Shown here: piece after piece, positions 27,833-37,652 of the stretch
Numbering within the stretch: position 1 is the first letter of the stretch
How the letters are laid out: each line of letters opens with the position of its first letter
From: Candidatus Latescibacterota bacterium
GTDB taxonomy: Bacteria > Latescibacterota > UBA2968 > UBA8231
DNA: 64,000 nt
Assembly: GCA_964291625.2 (NCBI GenBank)
Contig: OZ220089.1
Coordinates: 3,744,001-3,808,000, forward strand
Direction of reading: 5' to 3'
Made by a program: the position numbers and the translations under genes
Notes under the pieces: model-generated
Databases searched by the model: none
Told to the model about the DNA's origin: nothing
The model's input: only the letters and a program-made list of their open reading frames with translations

Positions 27833-28880
27833 ACTCCGCGTTGCGGTAGTCCTCGGGCAGATCGGGGATCCCGTCCTCGAACCCGATCCGCCGCCCCAGC
27901 TCGCAACTGCGGTAGAAGGCCAGTCCCAGCCCCACGTTCTCCAGGCCGTTGCGCCCGGAGTTCTCCGGCTCCTCCACCTCGCCGCGCACCGCCGCCAGCA
28001 GGTCCGCCAACTCCAGCCGGTAGGCGTTGGCCCCGTCCTCGGGCGGGACTTCCTCCGGCTCTTCGGCGCCGGACCGGTAGAGCACCACCGGCTGGCCCCA
28101 GGCGTCGAAGCGCATCCCGCCCTCGGTGCCGGCGATCCAGTGACCGCGCGTGGGCAGGCCCACGGTGGAGCCGGTACGCGCCGTCACCAGACCTCCCGAC
28201 TCGAAACGCACGAGGCCGCACACGATCTGCGGGCTCATCCAGTCCCCGTGAGGCTGGTTGCCGGCGATCTCGGCGCTCACCGACGCCACCCGCCCGAAGA
28301 CGGCGCGCGAGCAGTCCAGCTCGTGGATGAACGATTCCAGCACCCGCCCCCCGGAGTTGGCCGGGCTCTCCCGCCAGTGCCCCGTCCGCGGGGACGCCGC
28401 CCCGGAGGAGCGCTTGGCGGACTTGCCCATGCGGTCGAAGCCGCCCGACACGGGCTCGCCGATGGCGCCCTCGGCCACCAGGCGGCGGACGGTGCGGTAG
28501 GTGCCGAAGAAGCGGATCGTGTGGCCGATGGCCAGCTTCACGCCCGCCTCCTCGCAGACCTCGATCATTCCCCGGCACGAGGCCAGGTCCAGGGCCATGG
28601 GCTTCTCGCAGAGCACGTGCTTGCCCGCCTCCGCGGCGCGCGCGGCGAGCTCCGGATGGCTCGGCGTGGGAGTGCCGATGACGACGACGTCCACGTCGGA
28701 GTCCAGCAGCTCCTCGAGGCTGGTCACGGCCTGCGCCCCGGCCTCTTCCGCCCGGGCCCGCGCCGCCTCCGGGTCGAGGTCGAAGGTGACTGTCAGGTCG
28801 CACTCCGGATGCTCTCCCACGGCCTTGAGCCAGGCGCCGGCGATGTTGCCGCAGCCGATCAGCCCGATGCGGTGTCTCAT
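27822..28880 (-). CDS. Gfo/Idh/MocA oxidoreductase
   Basis: IGLIGCGNIA, GKHVLCEKPM, GGRVLESFIHELD. Confidence 0.92.
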   Translation of the reverse strand: MRHRIGLIGCGNIAGAWLKAVGEHPECDLTVTFDLDPEAARARAEEAGAQAVTSLEELLDSDVDVVVIGTPTPSHPELAARAAEAGKHVLCEKPMALDLASCRGMIEVCEEAGVKLAIGHTIRFFGTYRTVRRLVAEGAIGEPVSGGFDRMGKSAKRSSGAASPRTGHWRESPANSGGRVLESFIHELDCSRAVFGRVASVSAEIAGNQPHGDWMSPQIVCGLVRFESGGLVTARTGSTVGLPTRGHWIAGTEGGMRFDAWGQPVVLYRSGAEEPEEVPPEDGANAYRLELADLLAAVRGEVEEPENSGRNGLENVGLGLAFYRSCELGRRIGFEDGIPDLPEDYRNAEFIF

Positions 28881-28973
28881 CTGTGTGATCCCGTCGTGAT
28901 TGACTATCGTTGGTCCCATGGCGAACGAGTCTACCCCATCCCCGCCGCCGGTTCCAGCCCCCCGGTAGATCCC

Positions 28974-30923
28974 GTGGCCTCCGACCTCGAACAGGGCCTC
29001 GCCGAGGCCCGGGAAAACCTCGGGGAGATCTTCGCCCGCTACGACGAGGCCGCCGTCGAGCTGATCCGCATCGCCCGGCTGGACGGCCACTTCGCCGGCC
29101 GCGCCGAGGCCGACCTCGAGTGGCCGGCGTACCGGCCCGACGAGGACCCTCCCATCGATCGGCCCGGCCTGGAGCGGCGCGCCGCTCTCATCGCCGAAAT
29201 CTCCGCCGGCATCCCGCCGCGCCGCGAGCGAAGGCTCTCCGACGCCTACGGGCGCTACGGCGAGACCCGGCCCGCCTACCTGCGCAGCGTGCGCCGCTTC
29301 CTGCAGGTGCAGCGCCAGTTCGTCGCCCACGGCGCCGGGGACGAGCGCGAGTTCGGGGAGCTGTACGGGGTCGTCTACATCGAGGCCCTCGGCCGCGAGG
29401 ACCCGCTCCCCCTCGACGAGGGGGAGGCCGCCCTGGTGGAGTTCAAGGTCGCCCGCGCCCCGCTGGCCCACGCCGCGGCGGTGGTGGAGAAGCTCCGGCC
29501 CGCCCCGGCCGCCGACGATCCCCGCTGGGAGGCCGTGTACGAGTGGTCGGTCGACGGCGAGCGCGGCGCGGCGCCGCTGCGCGAGTTGCTCACCGAGATC
29601 GCCGGGGACGTGGTCGACTTCCTGGCCGCCGGCGAGCACCTGGCGATCCGCTACAACACCTTCTCCAACTTCATCTGGTTCGGCATCTCCGTGTGGAAGA
29701 CGGTCTGCGAGCTGGAGCTGCTCGCCGCCCGGCTGCGGGGTCATGCGCCGACGAAGTGGCTCGACCCCCTCGAGGAGCACGTGCGCCTCGCCCAGGCGCT
29801 GCTGCTGCGCTTCCTCCAGGCCCACCTGGAGGACCCGGCCCAGATACGCCCCAAGGACTACTGGTACGGGCAGCGCTACAGCTATCTGACGCGCGACATG
29901 ATCGACCTCACCCGCGGCCTCGTGCGCAACGCCGAGCGCCTGCGCGCCCGCTGCGGCAAGGAGCTGCCCGCCGTCGGGCTGCCGCCGCTGCTGGACGGGA
30001 CCTCCTCGGGGAGGTGGCACGAGTATCCCCACGTGGGCCCGCGGGCGGAGTACTCGCGCCTGGCGCGGGCCCGGCGCCTGCTGAAGTGGGTGCGTCTCTT
30101 CCGCCGCACGGCCCGCGTCAAGAGGCGCCTCGACCGCTCCAGGCTGGCCGACGCCGAGCGCCACGCCGCCGCCTGGGAGGCGAACCTCGAGTGGGCCCGG
30201 GACAGCCTGGAGAACTTCGGGATCACCGTCTCGGTGACGATCGACCCCGACTTCGCCGACGTGGCCCGCGAGCTGGACCTGGGGCCGAAGGGCCGCAAGG
30301 TCGTGTTCTTCCCCACCCACCAGACCCTCCTCGACCACCCGGTCCTCTACCGGGCCCTGGAGTCGGAGGAGCTGCTGGCCGCCATGGGCTGGTCGGCGAC
30401 CGTGCCCTGCTGCCTGCTGTCCCGGGGCCGGCTGCTGTCGCAGACGGCGGTGAAGGTGAAGGGCCGGGAGTTCTCCCTCATCGGGGTGAGCCCCGAGGAG
30501 ACGGACCGCTTCGCCGAGGAGGTGGACGGCTACGTGGTGCTCTCCCGGGACGAGGGGGGCTCGCCGACGCGGCGTTTCGCCCGGGTCATCGAGGACCGGC
30601 CCGGCGTCGTCTACGGCGCCGGCACGACCTCGGCCTTCGACCTGCAGGTGCTGCCCATGCAGCACGCCCTCTTCGCCCACCTGCCCCAGGACGTGGTCTT
30701 CGTGCCCGTCGCCTTCCGCGGCATCCACGCCCTGTGGCCGAAGTGCCCCCGGGGCAACGTCAACCTCCGGCCCGGACACGTTGAGGTCTACGTGTCGCCG
30801 CCGGTGCCCGGCGAGACGACGCTGCTGCCGCGCCGGCGGGCCCTGCGCACGCAGCTGGAGCCGGCCACCCTGTTCCAGGCGATCCACATCGCCACCCTGC
30901 TCGATCCGGGAGAGGAGAGCTGA
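28974..30923 (+). CDS. Large protein with C-terminal PlsC-like acyltransferase domain
   Basis: FFPTHQTLLD (HX4D), FVPVAFRG...LWP, VEVYVSPPV; about 400-aa helical N-terminus unassigned. Confidence 0.7.
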   Translation: MASDLEQGLAEARENLGEIFARYDEAAVELIRIARLDGHFAGRAEADLEWPAYRPDEDPPIDRPGLERRAALIAEISAGIPPRRERRLSDAYGRYGETRPAYLRSVRRFLQVQRQFVAHGAGDEREFGELYGVVYIEALGREDPLPLDEGEAALVEFKVARAPLAHAAAVVEKLRPAPAADDPRWEAVYEWSVDGERGAAPLRELLTEIAGDVVDFLAAGEHLAIRYNTFSNFIWFGISVWKTVCELELLAARLRGHAPTKWLDPLEEHVRLAQALLLRFLQAHLEDPAQIRPKDYWYGQRYSYLTRDMIDLTRGLVRNAERLRARCGKELPAVGLPPLLDGTSSGRWHEYPHVGPRAEYSRLARARRLLKWVRLFRRTARVKRRLDRSRLADAERHAAAWEANLEWARDSLENFGITVSVTIDPDFADVARELDLGPKGRKVVFFPTHQTLLDHPVLYRALESEELLAAMGWSATVPCCLLSRGRLLSQTAVKVKGREFSLIGVSPEETDRFAEEVDGYVVLSRDEGGSPTRRFARVIEDRPGVVYGAGTTSAFDLQVLPMQHALFAHLPQDVVFVPVAFRGIHALWPKCPRGNVNLRPGHVEVYVSPPVPGETTLLPRRRALRTQLEPATLFQAIHIATLLDPGEES

Positions 30924-31267
30924 TGCCCCTGACCTTCTACCTGTGGTTGCACTTGGCGGGCCTCGGCCTGATGCTGCTGGCCCTCGGCGGCATGGCCCTG
31001 ATCGCCGGCGAGCGGAACCGCATGCTCGCCGCCGCCCACGGCGCCGGCCTGCTCCTGTCCCTGGTGAGCGGCTTCGGCCTGCTGGCCAAGGCCGGGATCC
31101 ACTGGCCGTGGCCGGGGTGGGTCTGGGGCAAGATCCTGCTGTGGCTGGTGCTCGGCGCCGTCCCGGCGGCGATGCGGCGGATGCAGGGGCGGGCGGCCAC
31201 CCTCTTCTGGGGCCTGTGGGCGCTGTTCCTGCTGAGCGCCTGGCTGGCGGTGCACAAGCCCTTCTGA
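30923..31267 (+). CDS. Small 4-TM membrane protein
   Basis: Four hydrophobic segments, HLAG / HGAG His residues, C-terminal KPF; TGATG coupling to the upstream gene. Confidence 0.8.
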   Translation: MPLTFYLWLHLAGLGLMLLALGGMALIAGERNRMLAAAHGAGLLLSLVSGFGLLAKAGIHWPWPGWVWGKILLWLVLGAVPAAMRRMQGRAATLFWGLWALFLLSAWLAVHKPF

Positions 31268-31286
31268 GCGCCGGCTGGCGCCCTCG

Positions 31287-32318
31287 TCAGACCGGCAGCT
31301 CGACCCCGAAGCCGGGGCCGCCCGTCCAGCGCGCCCGCCCGCCGCGCAGCTCCCGCCCGCCGACCCACTCCATCCACGGGCGCCCGCTCTCGGCCAGGGG
31401 CTCCGGGTCGAGGGCGGCGACGGCGTGCAGCCCCCAGACCTCGGATCCGCGGTGGGGGCAGACGCGCACGCCGTGGTCCCGCGCCAGCCGGTAGATCTCC
31501 ACGAGCTGGGTCAGCCCCCCGCACCAACAGACGTCGGGCTGGTAGATCCGGTGGCAGCCGCGGTCCATCAGCTCGGCGAAGGCCCGGGCCGTGAACTCGT
31601 GCTCGCCGCCGGCGATCGGCACCGGCGAGCGCTGCGTCAGCCAGGCGTAGCCGTCGAGGTCGTCGGAGGGCAGGGGCTCCTCGAGCCACACCAGGCCGAG
31701 ATCGGCCACCTCCTCGCACAGGGCCAGCACGCGGGCGGGGTCGGACCAGCCCATGCCGGCGTCGGCCATGAGCTGGACCCCGCCGCCGGCGCGCTCGCGG
31801 GCGCGGCGCAGGAGGTCGGCGGTGTTCTCGTCCGGGCCGCCGGAGCCAGCGATCCCGCCGAGCTTCACGGCGCCAAAGCCGGCCCCCAGGGCCTCGGCGA
31901 TGCCCTCGAAGCCGTCGGCCCCGTCGAGGCCGGTCGTGCTGTAGGCGGGGACCTCGGCGGCGGGGTCCTCGGCCAGCAGGGCGGCCACGGGCAGGCCCGC
32001 GGCCTTGCCGCGCAGGTCCCACAGGGCCAGATCGACGCCGCTGATCGCCATCAGGGCCAGGCCCTTGCGCCCGTAGGCCAGGGTCGACCGGTACATCGCC
32101 TCCCACAGGCCCTCCACGTCGGAGGCGTCGGCGCCGAGGAGCAGGGTCCGCAGCTCCTCGTGGATCACATGGATGCCGGCGGCGCCCCCGGCCCCCATGC
32201 CGTAGCCCACCATCCCGCCGGCCTCGACGGCCACCGAGAGCTGTCCCAGGCTGCCGCGCCAGTCCCGGGGGGCGCTGGCGGCCTCCGGTTGCGCGGCGCG
32301 TACGTCGGTGATTTTCAT
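31287..32318 (-). CDS. Mandelate racemase/muconate-lactonizing enzyme family
   Basis: ISGVDLALWDLRGK, LMADA, WLEEP, GGEHE, QPDV..CGG. Confidence 0.92.
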   Translation of the reverse strand: MKITDVRAAQPEAASAPRDWRGSLGQLSVAVEAGGMVGYGMGAGGAAGIHVIHEELRTLLLGADASDVEGLWEAMYRSTLAYGRKGLALMAISGVDLALWDLRGKAAGLPVAALLAEDPAAEVPAYSTTGLDGADGFEGIAEALGAGFGAVKLGGIAGSGGPDENTADLLRRARERAGGGVQLMADAGMGWSDPARVLALCEEVADLGLVWLEEPLPSDDLDGYAWLTQRSPVPIAGGEHEFTARAFAELMDRGCHRIYQPDVCWCGGLTQLVEIYRLARDHGVRVCPHRGSEVWGLHAVAALDPEPLAESGRPWMEWVGGRELRGGRARWTGGPGFGVELPV

Positions 32319-32331
32319 GCCTCCCTCCGCC

Positions 32332-33126
32332 ATGACGATCGACGTCCTCCTCCTCGGCGGCCGGGGCCAGATCGGCTCCGGCCTGCGCATCTACCTGCCG
32401 CGCCTCGACCCCGCCTACCGGTGCACCTCCGTCGACCTGCCCGGGTCCCCGGACAAGGCCGCGGGGGCGGCGGCCCGGCAGGAGTTCGTCGACCTCGACA
32501 TCGCCGCCGAGCCGGCCCGCGTGCGCGAGCTGATGGCCGGCCGCGACCTGGTCGTCTACCTGGCGCGCCAGGGGTCCCTGCCCGAGATGAACGCCATGAC
32601 CGACCGCGTCTTCGAGTCGGTCCTGGCCCAGGAACCGGTGCCCCTGGTCATCGGCGCCAGCTCCGTCCACGCCTGCGACGGCGCCTACAGCGTCAGCGAG
32701 GGCCCCTGGTCAATATGGGCCGAGCGCCGCTTCGACGAGCTGGACCCGCCCCCGGAGCGCGTCTCGAGCCTCATCGACGCCTGCCCCACCAACGACTACG
32801 GCCGCGAGAAGGCCCACGTCGAGGGCTGGTGCCGGCGGCTGGCCGCCCTCGGCCACGGCGCCGTGGCCGCCCGCTGGGGCGGCGTCAACACCGCCAACGC
32901 CATGACCGCGGAGAAGGGCTACTTCGCCCTCTGGTGCCACCAGGAGGACGCGGCCCGGTTCGTCCACGCCTGCTACACCGCCTGGCGCGCCGGGACCCTG
33001 CGCAGCGGCGCCCACTACTTCGTGGTCTCGGACAACACCCGCAACATCTTCGACATCGACCTGCCCCGCCGCGAGATCGGCTACCGGCCGGTGCACGACG
33101 CCGAGGTATTCTACGGCGGGGGGTGA
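32332..33126 (+). CDS. NAD-dependent epimerase/dehydratase (uronate-dehydrogenase-like SDR)
   Basis: GGRGQIG, ASSVHA, YGREK (YxxxK), VSDN, IGYRP. Confidence 0.85.
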   Translation: MTIDVLLLGGRGQIGSGLRIYLPRLDPAYRCTSVDLPGSPDKAAGAAARQEFVDLDIAAEPARVRELMAGRDLVVYLARQGSLPEMNAMTDRVFESVLAQEPVPLVIGASSVHACDGAYSVSEGPWSIWAERRFDELDPPPERVSSLIDACPTNDYGREKAHVEGWCRRLAALGHGAVAARWGGVNTANAMTAEKGYFALWCHQEDAARFVHACYTAWRAGTLRSGAHYFVVSDNTRNIFDIDLPRREIGYRPVHDAEVFYGGG

Positions 33127-33362
33127 GGGGCGAGTCAAAGCTCCGGCCGACGAGAAAGTGGTGTCCCGCCATGGTTGGACGATCTCCTGGCAATAGATTG
33201 GGAATCTGTGAAGCCGGTCAACTCCGGTGGCGGCCATAGACCGACATTTGTCCCGGTGTGGACCCGGTTGTACTCTCGTAGGGTTGGCTCGCCAACGGAA
33301 GGGGAACAACCCGGATCCTCGCCCCCTTTTTCGGTTCGCTAGCCAAGAAAGTGAGATTTGGC

Positions 33363-34304
33363 ATGGAGACACAACGCTACCAACTCCGCATCAGCGGCCT
33401 GAAGGAAGACGAAGGTCAGATCAAGATGACCACTCTTCAGCGGGTCTTGGAGGCCCTCCTCACAACAGCTGAAAGGACCACCCGCTTGCTTGCAACTGGC
33501 GCAGGTAGCGGGAGGGGGGCGAAACCTCGGTGGCTGGACGCCACCATTGATTTTACGGTAACAGGATTGAGGTCCGGATCGACCACTCTCGAGGTAGAGG
33601 CTCCCCAACTTGGTGAGACGGTCTACACGCAGTTCTCCCAAGAGGACTTCTGGAACAAGGTGCCCAGCTTGACGGAGACGGCGGTCGACCTGGCCGCTCA
33701 ATCGATCAACGAGACCCAGACCGATGATCCAGTTGGAGACTACTTTGATAGTTCGGTTCTGGAAGCGATCCTCAAGTTCCGGAAAGCGGCTGGGGTGGAC
33801 GGTGTCCGCTATGAGATGATCCCCCACGGGACAGCAGGGGGAAAATTCGCCTTGGACGACAGTTCTTCCGAATGCATCAAGGAGCGGTTGAGTGACATCC
33901 CGGCTCCAAGATCGTTCATAGTTAGTGGAAGACTCGACGAGATCAAACACGGGAACGGTCGCTTTCGCCTCTTGGTGAGTCCGAGGTCCGCACTCCATGG
34001 AAGGTTGGACACTGCATCATTGAGTGTAGAGGCTTTGCGTTCCCTGTGGGGGAAACAGACCAGCGTGGAGGGGATGGTGCACTTCAAGGCCAATGGCGAA
34101 CCCCGCTTCATCGAGGCTCGCCGGATCAGTAGTCAGCTGGAAGGGGATAGCGTCTTCGAGGAGATGCCATCAGTTCAGACTCAGAAGTCGGATGACCTGT
34201 TTCCGGTGGATGGAAGGCAGTTTGGGGCCTTCGACCCCATTGAGCTTGCGGGAGCATGGCCCGGCAAGGAACCCATCGAGGAGCTCCTGGACCAGCTCGA
34301 TTGA
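33363..34304 (+). CDS. Hypothetical 313-aa protein upstream of a PIN toxin (putative antitoxin/partner)
   Basis: Long ORF in a lower-GC segment, 11 nt before the PIN gene; acidic C-terminal tail. Confidence 0.75.
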   Translation: METQRYQLRISGLKEDEGQIKMTTLQRVLEALLTTAERTTRLLATGAGSGRGAKPRWLDATIDFTVTGLRSGSTTLEVEAPQLGETVYTQFSQEDFWNKVPSLTETAVDLAAQSINETQTDDPVGDYFDSSVLEAILKFRKAAGVDGVRYEMIPHGTAGGKFALDDSSSECIKERLSDIPAPRSFIVSGRLDEIKHGNGRFRLLVSPRSALHGRLDTASLSVEALRSLWGKQTSVEGMVHFKANGEPRFIEARRISSQLEGDSVFEEMPSVQTQKSDDLFPVDGRQFGAFDPIELAGAWPGKEPIEELLDQLD

Positions 34305-34315
34305 GTCATCTGTTC

Positions 34316-34786
34316 ATGGCACGCTTCCTCCTCGACACCAACCTGCTGCTCGGCTTCACCCGGGAGGCACCATGGGCTATGCGGGCTCGCAGAGAGTTCA
34401 ATCTCGGAGACCGGGAAACGATGGTCTTTACCTCTGCTATCTGCCGAGGAGAGATCCTCGCCCTTGCAGAGAAGAATGGTTGGGGTAGCACCAGACGAGC
34501 CCGCCTTGAGCAAGCTCTCAACGGGATCCCCACCCTGGACATCAACAGACCGAGGATTCTGGACGCGTACGCTCGGATTGACGCTTGGACCCATGGTAAG
34601 CCTGTGACTTCTCCGCGAAGTGCGCCGCCGCCCAAGCCGGCTGTGTCGATGAACCAAAATGATCTCTGGCTTGCTGCGACGGCTCACGCAAGCGGGGCGA
34701 CACTCCTGTCCACAGATACAGACTTCGCACATCTGGACGGCATATGGCTGAGGTTCGTCTATGTAGATCAACAAGGGCTGAGTTGA
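34316..34786 (+). CDS. vapC: PIN-domain (VapC-like) ribonuclease
   Basis: FLLDTN, GE, NDLWLAATA, LLSTDTDF.HL. Confidence 0.88.
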   Translation: MARFLLDTNLLLGFTREAPWAMRARREFNLGDRETMVFTSAICRGEILALAEKNGWGSTRRARLEQALNGIPTLDINRPRILDAYARIDAWTHGKPVTSPRSAPPPKPAVSMNQNDLWLAATAHASGATLLSTDTDFAHLDGIWLRFVYVDQQGLS

Positions 34787-34848
34787 TCATCGAAGTCTCA
34801 GAAGACACGCTGCCGAACATGACGGCCGGGGGACTTGAAAGAGCCTGA

Positions 34849-34877
34849 TTGACGAAGTTCGGTCACCTCCTTACCCT
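34849..34877 (+). promoter_or_regulatory. Sigma70-type promoter of the aspS leader
   Basis: TTGACG 34849-34854, 17-nt spacer, TACCCT 34872-34877. Confidence 0.6.
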
Positions 34878-34880
34878 CGA

Positions 34881-34973
34881 ATGACCATGACCACCCGTCA
34901 GAACGCCTTCACGCAGGACAATCCGACCAACTCGGGCGATAATAATCCGCCCGCCCCATCACGCGTGTTCTGA
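34881..34973 (+). CDS. Putative Asn/Asp-rich attenuator leader peptide
   Basis: [30 protein letters not shown] (5 Asn, 2 Asp); second ATG at 34887 lies next to the predicted transcription start. Confidence 0.7.
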   Translation: MTMTTRQNAFTQDNPTNSGDNNPPAPSRVF

Positions 34974-35006
34974 CGACCCGCTCCAACTCCGATCCAGGAG
35001 ATCCCG

Positions 35007-35040
35007 ACCCGTCGCGAACACGCATCGCGGCGGGTTTTTT
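35007..35040 (+). terminator. Intrinsic terminator (attenuator) upstream of aspS
   Basis: ACCCGTCGCGA / TCGCGGCGGGT 11-bp stem, 7-nt loop, T run 35035-35040. Confidence 0.85.
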
Positions 35041-35073
35041 CGTGCCCATTCCGCAACCGGGAGACCGACTGAC

Positions 35074-36834
35074 ATGCATCCCTATCGCACGCACACATGC
35101 GGCGAGCTCCGCAGGCATCACGCGGGCCGGACCGTTCGCCTGAGCGGCTGGGTCCACCGCAGGAGGGACCACGGCGGCGTGCTCTTCCTGGACCTGCGCG
35201 ACCACTACGGCATCACCCAGCTCGTGGTCTCTCCGGAGAGCGACTTCGCCGCCAATGCGGCCAGGGTCCCCCGCGAGTCGGTGATCCGCGCCGAGGGCGA
35301 GGTGCGCGAACGGTCTCCCGAGGCGGTCAACAGGGCCATGGAGACCGGAGAGGTGGAGATCGCCGTGGGCGGGCTGGAGGTGCTGTCCGCGGCCGAGCCG
35401 CTCCCCTTCCCGGTGGCGGAGGAGACCGAGACAGGGGAGGGCCTGCGGCTGTCCTATCGATTTCTGGACTTGCGTCGCGCCGGGCTGCATCGGCGGATCC
35501 AGCTCCGCTCGGAGGTGATCGCCAGCATCCGGCGGCGCATGACGGCGATGGGCTTCGCCGAGTTCCAGACCCCGGTGCTCACCAGCAGCTCGCCCGAGGG
35601 AGCGCGCGACTACCTCGTGCCGAGCCGCCTCTACCCCGGCCGCTTCTACGCCCTGCCCCAGTCGCCGCAGCAGTTCAAGCAGCTGCTGATGGTCTCCGGC
35701 TTCGACCGCTACTTCCAGATCGCGCCCTGCTTCCGCGACGAGGATGCCCGGGCCGACCGCTCCCCCGGGGAGCACTACCAGTGCGACCTGGAGATGGCCT
35801 TCGTCGAGCAGGAGGACGTCTTGGCCGTGGTCGAGGAGCTGTTCTCCGGTCTGTTCCGGGAGTTCACCGACTGGCAGGTGACCGCCCAGCCCTTCCCCCG
35901 TTTCTCCCATGCCGAGGCGATGCTGCGCTTCGGCACGGACAAGCCGGACCTGCGCTTCGGGCTCGAGATCCAGGACCTGTCACACATTTTCGCGGAATCC
36001 TCATTCAGAATGTTCCGGGGAATGGTCGAGAAAGGTGGGGTCGTGCGCGCCCTGTGCGTTCCCGGACTCGAGGCCCGGCCGCGCTCGCTCTTCGACGGTC
36101 TCGAGGCGTTCGTGAAGGACTCGGGCGGTCAGGGGCTGGCCTGGCTCATCAGCGGGGCTGAGCCCACGGGGTCGATCGCCGCGGCCCTGGAAGAGAGCAC
36201 GATCCAACGCATCACCGAGGCGTGCTCGGCCGGCCCGGGGTCGGCGGTCTTCCTCATCGCGGGATCGCCGGAGGAGGCGCCGAACCTGGCGGGACGGCTG
36301 CGCCTGCATCTGGCGGACCGGCTCGACCTGCGCCGGGAGGGGTGCTACGAATTCTGCTGGATCGTCGACTTCCCGATGTACGAGTGGGACGAGGAACGGG
36401 ACTGCGCCGCCTTCTCGCACAACCCCTTCTCCATGCCCCAGGGCGGGATGGAGGCCCTGGAGACGCGGCCACCCCTGGAGATCAAGGCGTACCAGTACGA
36501 CATCGTCTGCAACGGCGTGGAGCTGTCGAGCGGCGCCATCCGCAACCACCGTCCGGACATCATGTACAAGGCCTTCGAGATCGCCGGGTACCCTCGCCAG
36601 GAGGTGGAGCGCCGGTTCGGGTGCATGATCCGCGCCCTGCACTACGGCGCTCCGCCCCACGGCGGCATCGCCCCGGGCATCGACCGCATCGTCATGCTCT
36701 TGGCGGACGAGCTGAACATCCGGGAGGTGATCGCCTTCCCCATGAACCAGCACGCCCAGGACCCGCTCATGGGGGCTCCGGGGGAGGTCTCCGCCGAGCA
36801 GCTCCGAGAGCTTCACCTGGCGGTGCGGGATTGA
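35074..36834 (+). CDS. aspS: Aspartate--tRNA ligase, probably non-discriminating Asp/Asn type
   Basis: [57 protein letters not shown]. Confidence 0.97.
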   Translation: MHPYRTHTCGELRRHHAGRTVRLSGWVHRRRDHGGVLFLDLRDHYGITQLVVSPESDFAANAARVPRESVIRAEGEVRERSPEAVNRAMETGEVEIAVGGLEVLSAAEPLPFPVAEETETGEGLRLSYRFLDLRRAGLHRRIQLRSEVIASIRRRMTAMGFAEFQTPVLTSSSPEGARDYLVPSRLYPGRFYALPQSPQQFKQLLMVSGFDRYFQIAPCFRDEDARADRSPGEHYQCDLEMAFVEQEDVLAVVEELFSGLFREFTDWQVTAQPFPRFSHAEAMLRFGTDKPDLRFGLEIQDLSHIFAESSFRMFRGMVEKGGVVRALCVPGLEARPRSLFDGLEAFVKDSGGQGLAWLISGAEPTGSIAAALEESTIQRITEACSAGPGSAVFLIAGSPEEAPNLAGRLRLHLADRLDLRREGCYEFCWIVDFPMYEWDEERDCAAFSHNPFSMPQGGMEALETRPPLEIKAYQYDIVCNGVELSSGAIRNHRPDIMYKAFEIAGYPRQEVERRFGCMIRALHYGAPPHGGIAPGIDRIVMLLADELNIREVIAFPMNQHAQDPLMGAPGEVSAEQLRELHLAVRD

Positions 36835-36917
36835 CCGCCCCATCCCCCTTGCCACTGTTCCACACCCCCCTCGACCTTCGACCCCTCTCCCGCATGAACC
36901 GAGGAAGAAGGTGAGGG

Positions 36918-37450
36918 ATGACCGAAGCCCGAAAGACCGTCAGGCTGTACGAAGCCCTGGAGCTGCGGGCCGAGTACGACGGCCGCATCAAGACCCTGCG
37001 CGACTGCCTGCCCGAGTCGCGCCAGAACCGGGGGCTGTTCTCCCGGGACAACGACTCCTCGCGCCGGCCGGCTCCCGGCTTCAGCCTCTCCGGGGCGCGG
37101 GACCAGCTGCGCGCCCTCGAGTTCAAGCGCCGCAAGCTGAACGCGGCGATCCAGCGGGCCAACTTCGAGCACCGCCTGGAGCACGAGGGGGATGACCTGA
37201 GCCTCACCGAGGCCCTGGAGACGCGCAAGGCGCTCAACGAGCGCCTCGGGGAGCTGCACACGCAGGTCGTCGACTCCGCGTACGAGCGCGTCCTCCACAA
37301 GGAGGAGCGGGACATCGTCGAGGAGAGCGAGCTGCCCTACGCCGACTGCCTCACCCGGCTGGACGAGGCGCGCGTCGAGTTCCGGCGGCTCAACCGGCGG
37401 ATCCGGCGGCCTCCTTCGAAGTCGAGGTGGAGTTCGCCGACGAGCGGTAG
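36918..37450 (+). CDS. DIP1984-like helical coiled-coil protein, with an apparent 1-nt frameshift near 37410
   Basis: Two repeats: RLYEALELR...IQRANFE and SLTEALETR...IRR(A)SFEVEVEFADER-TAG (37448-37450) once one base is restored; as assembled it reads on to 37508. Confidence 0.65.
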
Positions 37451-37457
37451 CACCTCC

Positions 37458-37652
37458 GAACGGAAGAGACAGGGGAGCAAGCGCGACTGCGCCGGCGACG
37501 GCGCATAGCCCAGGAGCGGCGCGCACTGCGACGCGTGTCTCGGGGATGACAACCTACGGTCCGGCCAAGCCGCTCAACGACTCAGCGGCAGACCCCTGAG
37601 CACGGGCAGCCCCTCAGCGAAACAGCCACAGGGCTCCGCGTCTCTTCCGTTC
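37458..37652 (+). ncRNA. Candidate structured non-coding RNA (~195 nt); strand inferred
   Basis: Perfect 13-bp end-to-end helix plus nested helices and a GNRA-capped hairpin (see findings). Confidence 0.55.

Noticed and set aside
34860-35045. T-box riboswitch upstream of aspS
   Set aside because: No T-box consensus (AAnnnGGGTGGnACC) or stem I visible; a uORF with antiterminator explains the region better
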